Part shown: one piece after another, positions 30,901-44,257 of the stretch
Layout: each line of letters opens with the position of its first letter
How positions within the stretch are numbered: position 1 is the stretch's first letter
Origin: Amoebidium appalachense
Taxonomy: Eukaryota > Protista > Ichthyosporea
Assembly: GCA_963693365.1 (NCBI GenBank)
Contig: CAVNZM010000018.1
Coordinates: 1 to 64,000 of the forward strand
Length of the DNA stretch: 64,000 bases
Direction: 5' to 3'
The notes under the pieces: generated by a model
Seen by the model: only the letters and a program-made list of their open reading frames with translations
Database searches by the model: none
What the model was told of the DNA's origin: nothing
Program-made: the position numbers and the translations under genes

Positions 30901-31505
30901 TAGGTGGGTATTTATACTCCCCTCCCTCCCCCCCCCCCCTCCCCCCTTCCCTCCCACTCTATGCACTCCCCCCCCTTCCTCCTCCCCCCCCCCCCCCCCC
31001 CCCCAAAGTCGTGGGGCCAATAGTCGTAGGTAGGCAACCTCGGCGACTCGACTACGACTACACGACTTTGCCATTTCAGTGACTACGACTGACGATTGGC
31101 AGTCAAAGTCGGTGCATCCCTGCCGTTATGTGCCTACATAGGCCTACAGCACACACTCAAGAGTCCTTTAACAATTGTAGGCCTGGCGCGCAAGTTTGTT
31201 TCACTGTTAGTCAAACCGGGTTGCCCAATTTGCCAACAGGGGCGGGGATGGAAGTTAGGGACACATCTGCAGGGTGGCTAGCCAATGAGGGTTCGGGGTT
31301 GAGGCGTGTGTGGTGCGCGCTAGCTGGATAGGTGGGGTTTTGGTTGTAGGGAGGAACATAGAGCAGAGCCTGTTAAGATTTCCATCTTCAATAGACTTGT
31401 GGATGCACTATATAGCAACGCCTTCTGTCTAGATCTAGTACACGGCAGCACTAAAATTACTACTGACGGTTTTTGTAGTACATACAGCAACCCGATTGTT
31501 AATAA

Positions 31506-31646
<141 letters not shown>

Positions 31647-31740
31647 CGCACACACGCACACACGCACACACGCACACACACACACACACAGACACACACA
31701 CACACACACACACTTCCAGTGCAGGTTTACATAGTAAGTA

Positions 31741-33907
31741 ATGGGTTCCCGACGATTATGTGTTCGTTCCCTGCTCCTCCTTACCAATCTCTCCCTCTCT
31801 CTTGCGGGGGCTACCAACAACTTTTACGCAATAGCGCACATGACAAACACACCAATCGCCGTTGACTACGCTCTAGAGTCAGGAGCAAACGGGATAGAGC
31901 TAGACATACAGATAGACACAGCGACAGGCGAACTAGTCGAGTTTAGGCATGGTGGAATGTGTGACTGTGCGTGTAGCTTCTACACTGAGATGTGTCCCGT
32001 TTTGTCGAAGGATGCAGACGCACAAGGGGTGAAGGTATGTGAGGTCGCCACGCCATGGCTGGTACAGATGAGACACATTGCAACCAAGTCAGACCTGCAG
32101 CTGCTGTATATCGACAGCAAGTTGACAAAGGATCACTCTCTGAACGTCCAAGTGGCGGCAGGGAGGAATCTTGTTAGTGCGGTGGCTGAGAACATACTGG
32201 ACAACAGGACGTTTCAGGGCGACATACTGATCAGTGCTGGCGATGACAGGTAGGCATGTTCTGCCAGTATGCACAGCTATACATACATCTGTGCGCACAT
32301 TTATGCACACATTTGTATCCCCATTCTAAGCTTGCATCTATGCACACATTGTGCACACATCTATCCCCAATTTATGCTTGCATCTATGCACACTCCTATG
32401 CACACGTTGTGCACATATCTTTGCTTAATCTATGCTATGTTGTGTGTCCGCACACTATGCACACACATCGTGCATACATCTATGCTCGACCTATGCGCTC
32501 ATGTGCACACATCTTTGCACACATCTATGGACCAAACCATACATGTGCACAGATCTATGTACACATCTATGCACACACCCTTGCACACGACACGGTCCCC
32601 ATACACCCCCCTAAGACCTGCTTTCACTCCGTCTTTCCGGCCACCGTGAGAGTTACCTTGGTGTATCGTGCACTGTGTGTTTGTGTGTGTGTGTGGAGGG
32701 GAAAGGGGCGGCGGAGGGGGGAGGGGAAGAGCACTGTAGTTGAAGCGTGTGTGGTGGTTCTGCATGCAGTAGTCTCTATATGTCTCTTTTTTTTGCCCAC
32801 CACACTCCTTACCCCCCTGTGGGTGGCCTCTGCCCCCTGTTAACGGGGAATCTCCTGCCCCCTTCGTCTCTCCTGTCCCCCCTTCCTCCTCCCCGCCCTC
32901 CCTCCCCCCCCCCTCCCCTCCCCCCCCCCCTTCGCCCCCTGGTAGGGATGCTCCCCACCCCCTCCCTCCCTTTCCCTATCCCTCCGTCTCCACTCTCTCC
33001 CCCCGCCCCCTCCCCCCCTGGGTTCCACCCCCTCCTTCCCTTTCCTCCTCCTCACTTCTGTCCCCGCACCTGTTCGTATCTCGAGCTCATGAAGCCCCCC
33101 CCCCTCCTCCCCCTCCCCGGTGTGCTTTGTACTCTGCATTGTGTTTGTCCGTTATGAATGTGTGCTTCGTACCGTCTAGAGCATTCTACCCCCTCCCCCC
33201 CCCCCCCCCCCCCTCCCAACCCAATCCACCCAATTCCTTCCCCCCGTCCTCCCCCCCCCCCCCCCCCCCCCAAAACCCCCCCATTAGAAAGAAAGGGAAA
33301 ACGGGAACAAAATCTCTCACCCCCCGGATTCCTGTGTCATATTTCCCGTACCCCTACACATGCACACTCGTGCGTGCTCACTCACACACACACAAACACA
33401 CACACGTTGCCCTATGTGCATATCTGCCTAGCACCTCCCTCTAATGTTGCATCTTCATCTCCCCCCCTCCCCCCCCCCCCCCCCTCTCTCTCTTTTCTCC
33501 CTCCCTCCCTTCCCGCCCCAAACATACATACACACACACAAAATTGGAAAAAAAAATGTGTGGGCTGTGTTCCCTTGACCCGTTTGCATGCCGGATGTTG
33601 CTTTGTTTTTTGACCTTCCTTCTCACCCTTTTGGCCCATCTCCAACCTTTCCCTTAAGTTCGTAATTTCATTTCTTTTATGTGTTTGGATGTGTCCTAGA
33701 GCCTGGGTGGTGTGGTTGGCGTTTGAGGGGCGAGGGTGGGTGGGAGGGAGAGGGGGGGACTTATTCTTGTAACTATTGTTGTATTCTTTTTTTCGTTTTT
33801 TCTATCCTACCCCCCCCTCCCCCCCCCAAACTCTCGCTGCCCCTCTACTTCCCGACAAGATGCTCGGGCACCTGTACACATAACACACTAACATACATGC
33901 ACACGCG

Positions 33908-33984
<77 letters not shown>

Positions 33985-34069
33985 TCACTCACCCCCCCAA
34001 CACATACACACCCACCCACCCACACCCACTCACTCACTCACTCATTCGCTCACACTCCCCTCCCTCCCC

Positions 34070-34100
<31 letters not shown>

Positions 34101-34105
34101 AAAAA

Positions 34106-34183
<78 letters not shown>

Positions 34184-35163
34184 CCACACACGTACCTCCC
34201 CCCCCCCCCCCCCCACCCACCCACCCCCCCACACACAGCTTCCTCTTCTACATCCAATCAGCCATCGAGACCGCCCAAAAACTTCCCCCCCACATATCCC
34301 ACCGTATCTACTTCACTATCGACGCCACACGTGTTTTAGGGCTCAGATCATTCCGAGGAATTGACCAAAACATAAATATCGTAAAAGTTGCACTACAACT
34401 CGCATCGCTAAGCATGAACACGGTTTACAGCAACGGTTTAACGGCGTGCATGACATATTTCGATTATCAACAAGCGATCAGGCAGGGGGTGAGAGCAATG
34501 TCGGAGGGATATGTTACAAATGTGTTTGTGTGGACGGCGGACCGGCAAGAGAAATACCGCGAAGTTTATACGATGGGCGCGAGAGGAATCGTAACAAACG
34601 ATCCCTTAGAGTTGGTAACGTGGGCGCGTAACCACAAAATAAATTTTGCGCGTGCGGGGGATGGGACGTTGAAACGCTCAAAGGAAGAAAATGATCTTGC
34701 GAGTAACAAGAAGGGAGAGGGATGCGAGTGTAAATATATCCAACCGGTAAAGGCAGGATCGGGGGGATGCATTGTCACGAGACTTCCACCGAAGGGGCGT
34801 GCGTGCAAATGCAAATACATTGGTTTTTGGGCGTGCACGGGTAGCCTGGTATATTGTAAAGACCCCCAACACCCGCTGTGTGAAGACCCTGAACCAGGGT
34901 ATGAAATGTGTGTGTTGGGTGGGGGGGATTGCGAGGGGTACCCTACGTGTGATTGTAATTACGTGAGAAAAGGTCTGGATCCATCGGGATGTGTGCTAAG
35001 TATGACACCTAAGAATGGCACTGCTTGTAAGTGCAAGTATAGGGGTGCGTGGACGTGTGGGGGGGTGAGGGTTGCGTGCGATTTGGCCGAAATGCGGTGT
35101 AGGAATCCTGTTATGTCTAAGGAGACATGTGTGCTGGGGGGTGGAGACTGTGGTGGATACTAA
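31741..35163 (+). CDS. Secreted sphingomyelinase D / SicTox-like (GDPD-like) phospholipase D with two C-terminal 10-Cys repeats (2 exons, 477 aa)
   Basis: Exon 1 31741-32249 (AG|gtagg) and exon 2 34239-35163 (cacag|C) join in frame. Signal peptide; motifs FYAIAHMTN, GANGIELD, FRHGGMCDC, YIDSK, VYSNGLTAC, VFVWTAD and GIVTNDP match the SMaseD family; two ~74-aa repeats each ending CVLGGGDCxGY. Confidence 0.9.
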
Positions 35164-35227
35164 TTAGCTATAAATGGTCTAATTAGCTATAAATGGTCTA
35201 ATCAGCTATAAATGGTCTAATTAGCCA
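35161..35227. repeat. 19-bp tandem repeat (3+ copies) beginning at the PLD stop codon
   Basis: taattagctataaatggtc x3 followed by taattagc. Confidence 0.9.
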
Positions 35228-35358
35228 AGAAGTGGGGGGGGGGGGGGGGGGGGGGGGTGGCGTTCTTGTTTCTCCATCTAGTCTCTCACCCTCTCTGTGT
35301 GTGTCTGGCTCTCGCTCTTCACCCCCCCTGCCCCCTCCCCCCTCCGCCCCCCCCCCCC

Positions 35359-35394
<36 letters not shown>

Positions 35395-36085
35395 GGATTT
35401 CCTCTTTCGCTAGGTTGCCGATGCAGACTTTGTAAAGGATTGCTATATGATATATTGCTACTGGGTTAGTGAGTACATCCGGTTATTGATTGTGTGTTAT
35501 ATAAAGCCACCTACCTATTCGTATATTGCCATTGATGAGTATAGCCATTTATTCAAATTGGTTTGGCAGGATTCCTAACCTTTTTAAAATTATTAGATTA
35601 GATAAGATCTGCCCTAGGCCTGTGGGCAGCTAGGATCACGTTGGCCTTCGAGCCAATCATGATGCTTAACTTAAAATTAAAATGATGTTTATGATCGAAA
35701 CTTATATTTGGCTGCGCCTTTTGGATTTGTGGTGTCCATGTGAACGGCACCCCAAATCGCCCCCTCCCCCTCCCTCCCACCCAAGGCTTCCGCATATACA
35801 TCCCCGTTGCAGAAACATAGTGACATTATTAGCACACGTTCACACAGCATCACACCCCCTTTGTTTCCCCTATGCATGCCAGGCAATAAATGCAGAGTTT
35901 TATCTTTATTTGCTGTAGATCTAATATCGTAGTACATTATATTATTGTATTCTTCCCATTTTCTTGGTGGGTATGGATTTGGTGTGTGTATGTGTGTTTT
36001 TTTGGGTGGGTGGGTGGGGGGGGGGGGGGCAGGGCAGCAGGCGCATATGAAGACATGTCGAGCCTGACAGGACAGACCGTGGCCG

Positions 36086-36119
<34 letters not shown>

Positions 36120-36137
36120 CCTATTCTTTCTTAATTT

Positions 36138-36168
<31 letters not shown>

Positions 36169-36499
36169 GGAAACTCTCTCCGGAGGATGGTGCGTGCATG
36201 GTTGTGGGTTGCGGGTACCGGTCACGGTGCGACGGATATCTTTAGGCCTCATAACGGTAAGCCACCTATGGTCCTTTTTTTTTTTTTTTTTTTGGCCTTT
36301 TTTTTGGGAGAGGACGGGGGGGGGGGGAGGGGGGGAGGGGGGGGGGGGGGGGGGGGGGGGATGAAAATATTTGCAGACACCTACAGGTGCGCTTTGGGAG
36401 CCTAGTGATAGATACTGCTGGTCCGGCCATATAATAGTGCCGAGCAGACACACATCGGTATTTTTAAAATGCACACACACACACACACACACACATACA

Positions 36500-36551
<52 letters not shown>

Positions 36552-36582
36552 TACACACACACGCACACACACAGTACACATA

Positions 36583-36624
<42 letters not shown>

Positions 36625-36652
36625 TTCACACTCACGCACGCATGCATGCATG

Positions 36653-36701
<49 letters not shown>

Positions 36702-36786
36702 ATTCACACACACACACACACACATACACACACACACACACACAAACACACTTACACACACACGCACACACGCAGTACACATACAA

Positions 36787-36842
<56 letters not shown>

Positions 36843-36862
36843 TCACAATCACGCACGCGGCA

Positions 36863-36910
<48 letters not shown>

Positions 36911-37620
36911 CGCATGCATGCACACACGCACGCACGTACGCACACACACGCACGCACGTACGCACGCACGCACACACACATGCACACAGCTTTGCGCGCG
37001 CACATACACACACACTCACGTGTACATACAAACAGGCGAACGTTGTTTCAACACACACACTCTTTCTCCCTACCTCTCCATATACTGTAACCGTTTCGTG
37101 TTATGTATGCATAACCAAAAGCGTCGATGAGAGCAGGTACGGTGTGTTTGTGGGTGGAGGCCCAGCAATTGACTAAGCGAGAATTTAGAAGCACAAAACA
37201 GGACACTATGATTATAGCGCACAAGGGTACGGAAGAACATTTGATCAAAAAGGGAATGATAAGTGAAGGTATATTGGAGGGAAAGGGAATGCCTCGGGGG
37301 ATCGATCTTTTTTTTTTAATCGTTTACACTGATAGGAAAAGGTAAGTGTGCTTGTTATCATGGTGCTTAGATATGACACTGAGGGATATACCGAGCAAAA
37401 AACACACGCACCATTGGAGCTTAAATTCGACTGGGTTCTAATAGTATTGCAACTCTACTCGCATTCTGGACATGCCTGAGATTCAAATAATCCCCCTTGC
37501 TTGTGTGGACATACGCAGCTCAGAGATCGACTCTTATATCCAAAACTAAATATCTCCCTCATGGACACCTCACTCACACTGATATTTAGATTATCTATCT
37601 CCCTCGTGCGGATACCTCAC

Positions 37621-37636
37621 TCTGAGTCTTAATAAT
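37621..37636. repeat. Left copy of the LINE target-site duplication
   Basis: tctgagtcttaataat, identical at 56159-56174 (terminal bases are ambiguous with the element ends). Confidence 0.9.
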
Positions 37637-37943
37637 TTTTTTATTTTTTTATTTTATCACGTTTTGTTCCCGGAGGCCTTTTCAGGCCCTCTAGGGAAAC
37701 TACCGTCTACCACACAGCACCGACAGTACACTAGTTAAGGTGCTATCTATGAGTTCAGCTAAGCTAAACCATCCTTCACAACCTAACTATAAGTACACAC
37801 TTTGCCCAGGGCTACTACCCCAGCCACGCCGGCAGGAGGCTCCAGTCCTCCCCTCCATTCAAAAACCTAGCAATAAACGTTAACCGAGGGCTCTCATTGG
37901 TCGATCTACAGTATTGGGAAGTCCTAGGTGTTGTGTATAATAT

Positions 37944-38987
37944 TTACGGTGGGTATGGGTGGATGATGGGGTGTGGTGGTGGTGGTGGTGGGGGGTTGCT
38001 GCCTAACATTATGTGTTGGTGTACGTATGTTGTGGCGATGTTTTTGTGGACTAAAAGGTGGGTTTTACAGGGCACACCGGGTCTGTGGGTGTTCCGGCAT
38101 TCAGAACAGGCCGGCCGGGTGTGTGTGGGGGGTGTATTTGTTGGTTTTTTGGGTTTTTGGAGAGCCATACTTTTCTTTCTACGGGTGGTGGGTATATGGT
38201 GGTGTTTTTGCATTTTAGGGTGGGTGGGGGGGAGTGTTGTGTTCCGTGGGTGCCAAATTTTTGCAAAGAAAAAGGACTGCAACTCTACTGTGATTTTTCC
38301 TAAGATGGCCCGGGTGGTGGTCTTGGTGGTGCCGGTGGCTGCAAGTAGTGGGCCCACCGATCGTGGGCAGAATCCCCGTTCGACCCACTTGGTGTCTTCG
38401 GGGTCAGGTGGGTCACCGTTGCCTCCTATCCAGTTTATCCATGCACATTGGTCTACCACCGTGGCTGCCGTATGGTGGTGCTGTGCCGTGGGGGTGTTTG
38501 GATGACGAGTGTGCAGGACGTTGTGGATGCAGGCTGTGATGGCGGTGGTCAGGGTGGGGACTTCCCCGGCATGGGCCGGGCAGGCCCAGAGGTGGGTGGT
38601 GGTCTCGGGGTGCTGGCTGCACCGGGGGCATGTGGGCTGTGTAACGACGGTGGGGTGATCTCGGTGTAGCCGTGCCATGGTAGGCAGGGTGCCCATGGCC
38701 AGGGACAGGCTACGAGTGTTTCCTCTGACTGCCCCGATGGTTTCCTGTGTGGGCCCCTTGTTGAGCTTGAGGGGGTTCCGTTCGGCTGGGAGCAGTCTGG
38801 GGTCGGCTAGTATGGACATAGCCTTGGTCTTGCCGGCCATGTCGGTGAGGAAGTCCTTGTTCAACCGGTTCAGTGTACCGGGAATGTTGCCGGGGATACG
38901 GTGGCCTTGTAGTCGTAGGAAGTATTTCCCCCCCCCCCGGGGCCGGAGGTAGGGGGGGGGGGGGGAGGGGGAGGACTCTTCCTGCAT
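37944..38987 (-). pseudogene. LINE ORF2 C-terminal region with CCHC zinc finger
   Basis: LPTMARLH...CPRCSQHPETTTHLWAC...FFAKIWHPRN; frameshifted from RNase H near the C-runs at ~38930-38990. Confidence 0.85.
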
Positions 38988-39430
38988 TGGCTGCCTTGTC
39001 TGCCTCGTTATTCCGTTGACCGTACCGTTTGGTGTTGGATTGGTGCCCCTTCACCCACGATACCTGTACAGAGCCTGGTTGCCGGAGAGAGAGTTGGTCT
39101 CGTACGTGAGCCCATTCCACTATGTGGGGGAACTTTAGCTTGCGTCGAGGGGGTGTGGTGGGGTCTATATTTGCCGTCCATCGGTCGACTACTCCGAGGT
39201 TATCGAGCTTGATGTGGATGGGGGTGGTGGTGGGGGTGAGCAGGAGGGCTAGTAGTACCCCTGTGAGTTCGGCTTGGGTGGATGATAGGGCCGTATGGAG
39301 CCTGGTCTTGGCCGTCACTGGAGGTGCTTTCCGGTCCGGGGTGTCCAGTGCCGCCCCGGCTCCGGCCTGGGCTATCCTCCTGCCCGGGTGGATGAGGCTG
39401 CCGTCCGTATAAACGGTGATCGGTTGGTCT
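38988..39430 (-). pseudogene. LINE ORF2 RNase H domain
   Basis: ITVYTDGS, STQAELTGVLLAL, IKLDN, VSWVKGH, NNEADKAA; D-E-D-H-D catalytic set intact. Confidence 0.92.
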
Positions 39431-41070
39431 GGGGGGATCAGGGTGATTTGCTGCTGCCACTCGTCATAGGTGGCCTGGGGCACCAAGTCGGTGTAGGTGA
39501 GCCTACGGGGAGTGGGTGGGCTCGGCAGGTCAGCCGGGTGGGCCGTGCACTTGTGTCCTGGTGGTGACCCTACCGGTGGTGGCTGCTGGGGGGGGGTGGG
39601 CCGGGGAGGTCCCCCGGTAAGGGTGTGGCTTCCTCGTTGGCTTGCAGGTGGAGCATCTGGGGTGATGCCTGTTGGTGGGGGGGAAGATGCCGCCGGAAAT
39701 GGTGTATCTTCCTCCACTGCTCGGCCGGATCGGAGCCATCCTTCAGTGCGATGACTTGGTAGATGTCGATACTGTCGGTGTTGATGAAGTCCTTGTGGTA
39801 CTTCGGGACTACCATGTGGGTGGTGATTCGGGTCTTGAAGGCCACGTAGGGGTCTGCCCGTATCACCTCCACAGCACGGGTCCACCCCACACACTGCTTG
39901 TTGTGGGTGTGATTATCGGCTGGGGGCTCAGGGGGCTCGTATTTGCTGTTGGTGCTGTCGGTGTTAGAGTCCTCTGAGTCGTCGGAGTCGTCGCTGGGCC
40001 CCGTCGACTCCGATTCTGGCTCCGTGTCTAACCCTTCCCCCTCTCCGTCTGCGTACCCGGGGTTGGGGGAGAGGGTGGCCGGGGTGTAGGCTAGGTTCCA
40101 TGGGGAGTGGCCGTATTTGCAGTCACTAGGGCAAAAGCGGAAATGGGCTGTTCCATGTGGGTCGTTCCACGTGGGTCGGTGCCATCTCAGCCCCTCCTCC
40201 TCTGTGTTGTCCCGTAGATGGGCTATTTTGACCCAAGCCTCCCCGTTGTGGGTGGTGTGGGCCACCACCTGGCTGAGTTCGTATTGCCCGTTCTTGACTA
40301 TTTCCACCACGAATGCACCGACGGGGTGGTTTGGCACGAGGTCAATGGTGTGGTGGGTGTGTGGTCTGGGTGCTGGCCGTAGTTTGTCTGCGATGGGGAT
40401 GGCCCCCTTGATGATGGACCTGTACCACTGTGTAGCTCCCGGGTGTAGTAGGTCTGGGGGGTGGGGCAGTTCGGGGAACGCCCGGAACACCCCCGGCCGT
40501 ACCATGGTGTCCTCCACCGTGTAGAGTTGACGGGGGTGTGTGTGGGGGCCGATGTGGGCCGCAAAGGTGTGGTCCGGGAAAACGGTGTTGATAGGGGTGC
40601 TGGTTGTTGTTGCTGCTTCCCCCTCCTTCTCCTTGGGGGGAGGGGGGGGGGTGGGGTGGGGGTGCTTGTGTTTTTTGGGGGAGGGGTTTCCCCAATACTC
40701 AGGTGCCGCTCGTGAAGGATCCCCGTGATATGGGCCCAATAGTTGTGGAGCTGCTTTCCCCCTAGCCTGTAAAGTTTGGCTGGGGGTGCTTGCAGGGGTG
40801 GGTAGGGTAGGCCTGTCACGTGTTGCTGCTGCCAGGCTCGGTACCGGACCACGTCCCCTGCTGGTCCTGGTGTTTCCAGCAGGGCACACAGCTCCGTAAC
40901 CATGGTGCTGGCTGCTGATTCGACGATGCTGGCCAGTCCCCCTAGAGTGGGAGGTGTAGCAGCCCGGACGGGGTGCTCCGGTGGAAACCACACTTCCGAC
41001 GGAGTAGGTCTCTCCACTTGCTGTCGATTGCCTGCATGGTGGTGTTGCTGATGACTGACCCTTTGGCCCT

Positions 41071-43072
41071 AGCAGGCAGCCCACACCGGCAGCCACAGCA
41101 GGGGCCGCCCAGCCTGCAGGCCCTGCATGGGCTACCCGGCCAGCAGCAACAAATCACACCCACACTGCAGCAGCTGCATGCAGCAGCAGATTGCAGCCCC
41201 GGCCGGCAGGCCCAGCACGGGCCACCCAGCCGACAGCACCAACAGGAGCAACCAAGCCAGCAGCAGCAGCCGCAGGCTGAAGCCCAAGCAGGCAGCCCAC
41301 ACCGGCAGCCAAAGCAGGGGCCACCCCACCTGCAGACCCTGCCAGGGCCACCCACGGGCAACCAACAGCTACAGACCACACCCACGCAGCCGCAACGGCC
41401 CACAGCAGCAGAGTGCAACCCTGGCCAGCAGGCGCGGCACGGGTCACCCACCCTGCAGCAGCACCCCACCCCCCCAGCAGCCCACCTGTCTCAGACAGGG
41501 AGGCAGTGGGAGGAGTGGGAGGCAACCATGCGGGAGCAACTACAACTATACAGACAGTCCCAACTCCGAAGGAAACGGCAACAACTCCTTTGGTTACGGG
41601 CAACAGCAGCAGCAGAAGCACGGTGCAAGCGTATGGTGGACGAACTCCGGCGAGCACTAAGCAGCATTTTAGACCGGGGGAGTGTGAACGTCTCGGCTAC
41701 GTTAGTCAAGCACGTCACCCCAACGGGCACTGAGTACCTCACGGAGTGGGCTGACACGGAGCCCGTCATTCGTGAAACTTATCACCGGTGGACGGCCCGC
41801 AGGAACCCACACATCGAGGAGATGCTCGCCGACCCAATGTGGGCCGACATCTATCGACCGATCCCCCCCGAAGACTCCCCATTAGGGTCTATAATGCACC
41901 CGGCCACCCACGACGAGCTCCAACAGATCGTCCAAAGCCGACAGGGGGGGAAGGCCCCCGGCCCAACGGAAATCCAGTACGAATACTTCCAACACCTGGG
42001 GCCAAAGGGGCTAGCATGGCTCCTACATATCATCAACGGATGTCTGGCCACGGGGACCACACCGAGGTCATGGCTGCACCACACCATCCATCCCCTACCG
42101 AAAGGGGAATGGGAAGGTGACTTCGACAAAACCCGACCGATAGCACTCTTGGAAACGGCACGGAAGCTGCTAGAATCGGTCATCAACCAGCGCCTACTCT
42201 CGATCTTCCGGCAGTACCCCACCCTCCTCCCGGGGGGGAATTTTGGGTTCGTGCCGGGCCCGGGTATCGACGGGGCGCTGGCTATCATCCGAGAGACGAT
42301 AGAGGATGCCATAGACCACGACCAGGAACTATGGATCGTCCAACAGGACATTAAGAGGGCATATGACACGGTGTCTTGGCCCTCGGTGGAACTGGGGCTC
42401 ACCCGCCTGGGCACAGACCCCCAGCTAATCACCCTCCTCCGGCACATGTGGCACAGTCGTACGGCCACGGTGTGCACAGACCAGGGGCACACTGAGTCTT
42501 TCCCTGTTGAAAACGGCCTGGCCCAAGGGGCTGTCCTCTCCCCCATTCTGTGGATTATTTTCTACGATCCAGTTTTAACAGCCATCAAAAGGCACGGCAA
42601 GGGGTACACTTTCCACCTACCCCCACAGACACAGCACCACACACCGGCACAAACACCCCCGTGTGTGACGTCTGTAGCTTTCGCCGACGACACAACATGG
42701 TTTGGCCCCAACAAGGAGAGCATCCAGCAAACTCTCGATTTATCTGCCCCCTTTTTTTATTACCATGACTTGGAACCACACCCAGACAGGTTTTCAGTCC
42801 TCGCCCGTGGTACCCCAACACGGGCAACAGTGGCCCCCATGCAGTACCGCAAATCCCCGGGAGCACCACCCCTACCCATTCAGATCGAGCTCCCCGATGC
42901 AAACATCAGAGTGCTAGGGGTCAACATCACCCTCCAACGACACACCCGGCCCAACGATGGGAAGGCCATGCAGCTGACATTACGGGCCACCACCATACTA
43001 GCCCGTAAAATGCTGGCACCCAGCCAAGTGATCTACGTAGCCAACAGTGTGGTGGCCCCGGCCATCCTCTTC
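41071..43072 (+). pseudogene. Inverted LINE ORF2 segment: last Q/P repeats plus reverse transcriptase
   Basis: KAPGPTEI, TRPIALLETARKLLE, QQDIKRAYDTV, NGLAQGAVLSPILW, AFADD; open throughout but on the opposite strand to the rest of the element. Confidence 0.93.
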
Positions 43073-43205
43073 CTCGTGCTGTCGGCTGGGTGGCCCGTGC
43101 TGGGCCGGCCGGCCGGGGCTGCGATCATGCGGCAGCTGGTGCAGTGGGGGTGTGGTCGGTTGCTGCTGGCTGGGTGGCCTTGGCGGGGCCTGCAGGCTGG
43201 GTGGC

Positions 43206-43312
43206 TGTTGGAATACGTCACCATGTATGACAGCAAGAGCCTTGAAGTATGTATGTGTCCTAGCTTGTTTGTATTCGTGTCTGCTTTCCTCCTTTGTGCT
43301 CTCTCTCTCTCC

Positions 43313-43385
<73 letters not shown>

Positions 43386-44138
43386 CCCCCCCCCCCCCCC
43401 CCCCCCCCCCGTATCTCTCTCTCCCTTGTTTCTGTGGGCACAGATATCTGTAGATCTGTGCACACCTGGCTCTCTTGCCTGATAAGAACTTATTGTGTTT
43501 TATTTCTATTTGCTCTCCTCTGTTTATCTGAGAGGTAGCGTGATTGGCTAGCCTCACTCGTTGTCTTTCCTTTATTTCAAAATGGCCTAGTTTGTTCTCA
43601 AAAGGATGGCTCGCCAATAGTCGCGAGCGAGTACATCTGTAGATTGTGTTGTGCATTCCTGTCTGTTAATATATGTGTGTTGTGATTGGACAATAGATAT
43701 ATATGGAATTCGGTTTATTGCAAAGTGTCTTCACTTTGAGAGTGTCGACTGTTAGGAAATATATGTATTTAAATAAGTTTCTTTATAGAGACGAACATAA
43801 ATATATATGTGAGTTAATAGTGACTAGATGTATAATTACTTAATTTATTTAAGTAAGAGTTTCTACACTTTAGTTTAATCGGAAGTTGGAATGCGTATGC
43901 TCTGTCGGAATGTGTTTTTCTATCTTCTGATAGAACCGATTGGTTCTCCCTCTTTAGTTGTGATAAGGTGATAAGTCGCAAGTACAAAAGGAACCGAGAG
44001 CACAATAAAGATTCAGTTGTTGTTTGAAATCTTTCAATGTCTCGTGAACAACTCCGATTGCCCTCTCATTAATGTGTTAGTCGTGTTTTACATGACACCT
44101 CTGTGCACTCTGCTCCCTTAGACCCGTACAAAACAACA
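43206..44138 (+). mobile_element. Copia 5' LTR (copy 1)
   Basis: TGTTG...CAACA termini; near-identical to 51797-52747; followed by PBS-like ggttaaaggccc at 44139-44150. Confidence 0.93.
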
Positions 44139-44257
44139 GGTTAAAGGCCCATTTTCGCACGCTCTCGCAAACACATACTCTCGCTGCAATCAAAAATATT
44201 CAAATTTGAATACCGATCTGATTCCTCTCTCACGCATCATCTGACTGATTGATCACC

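Noticed and set aside
40973-43453. Independent 826-aa RT gene
   Set aside because: Chimeric ORF running across both inversion breakpoints and into the LTR; only 41071-43072 is sense ORF2.
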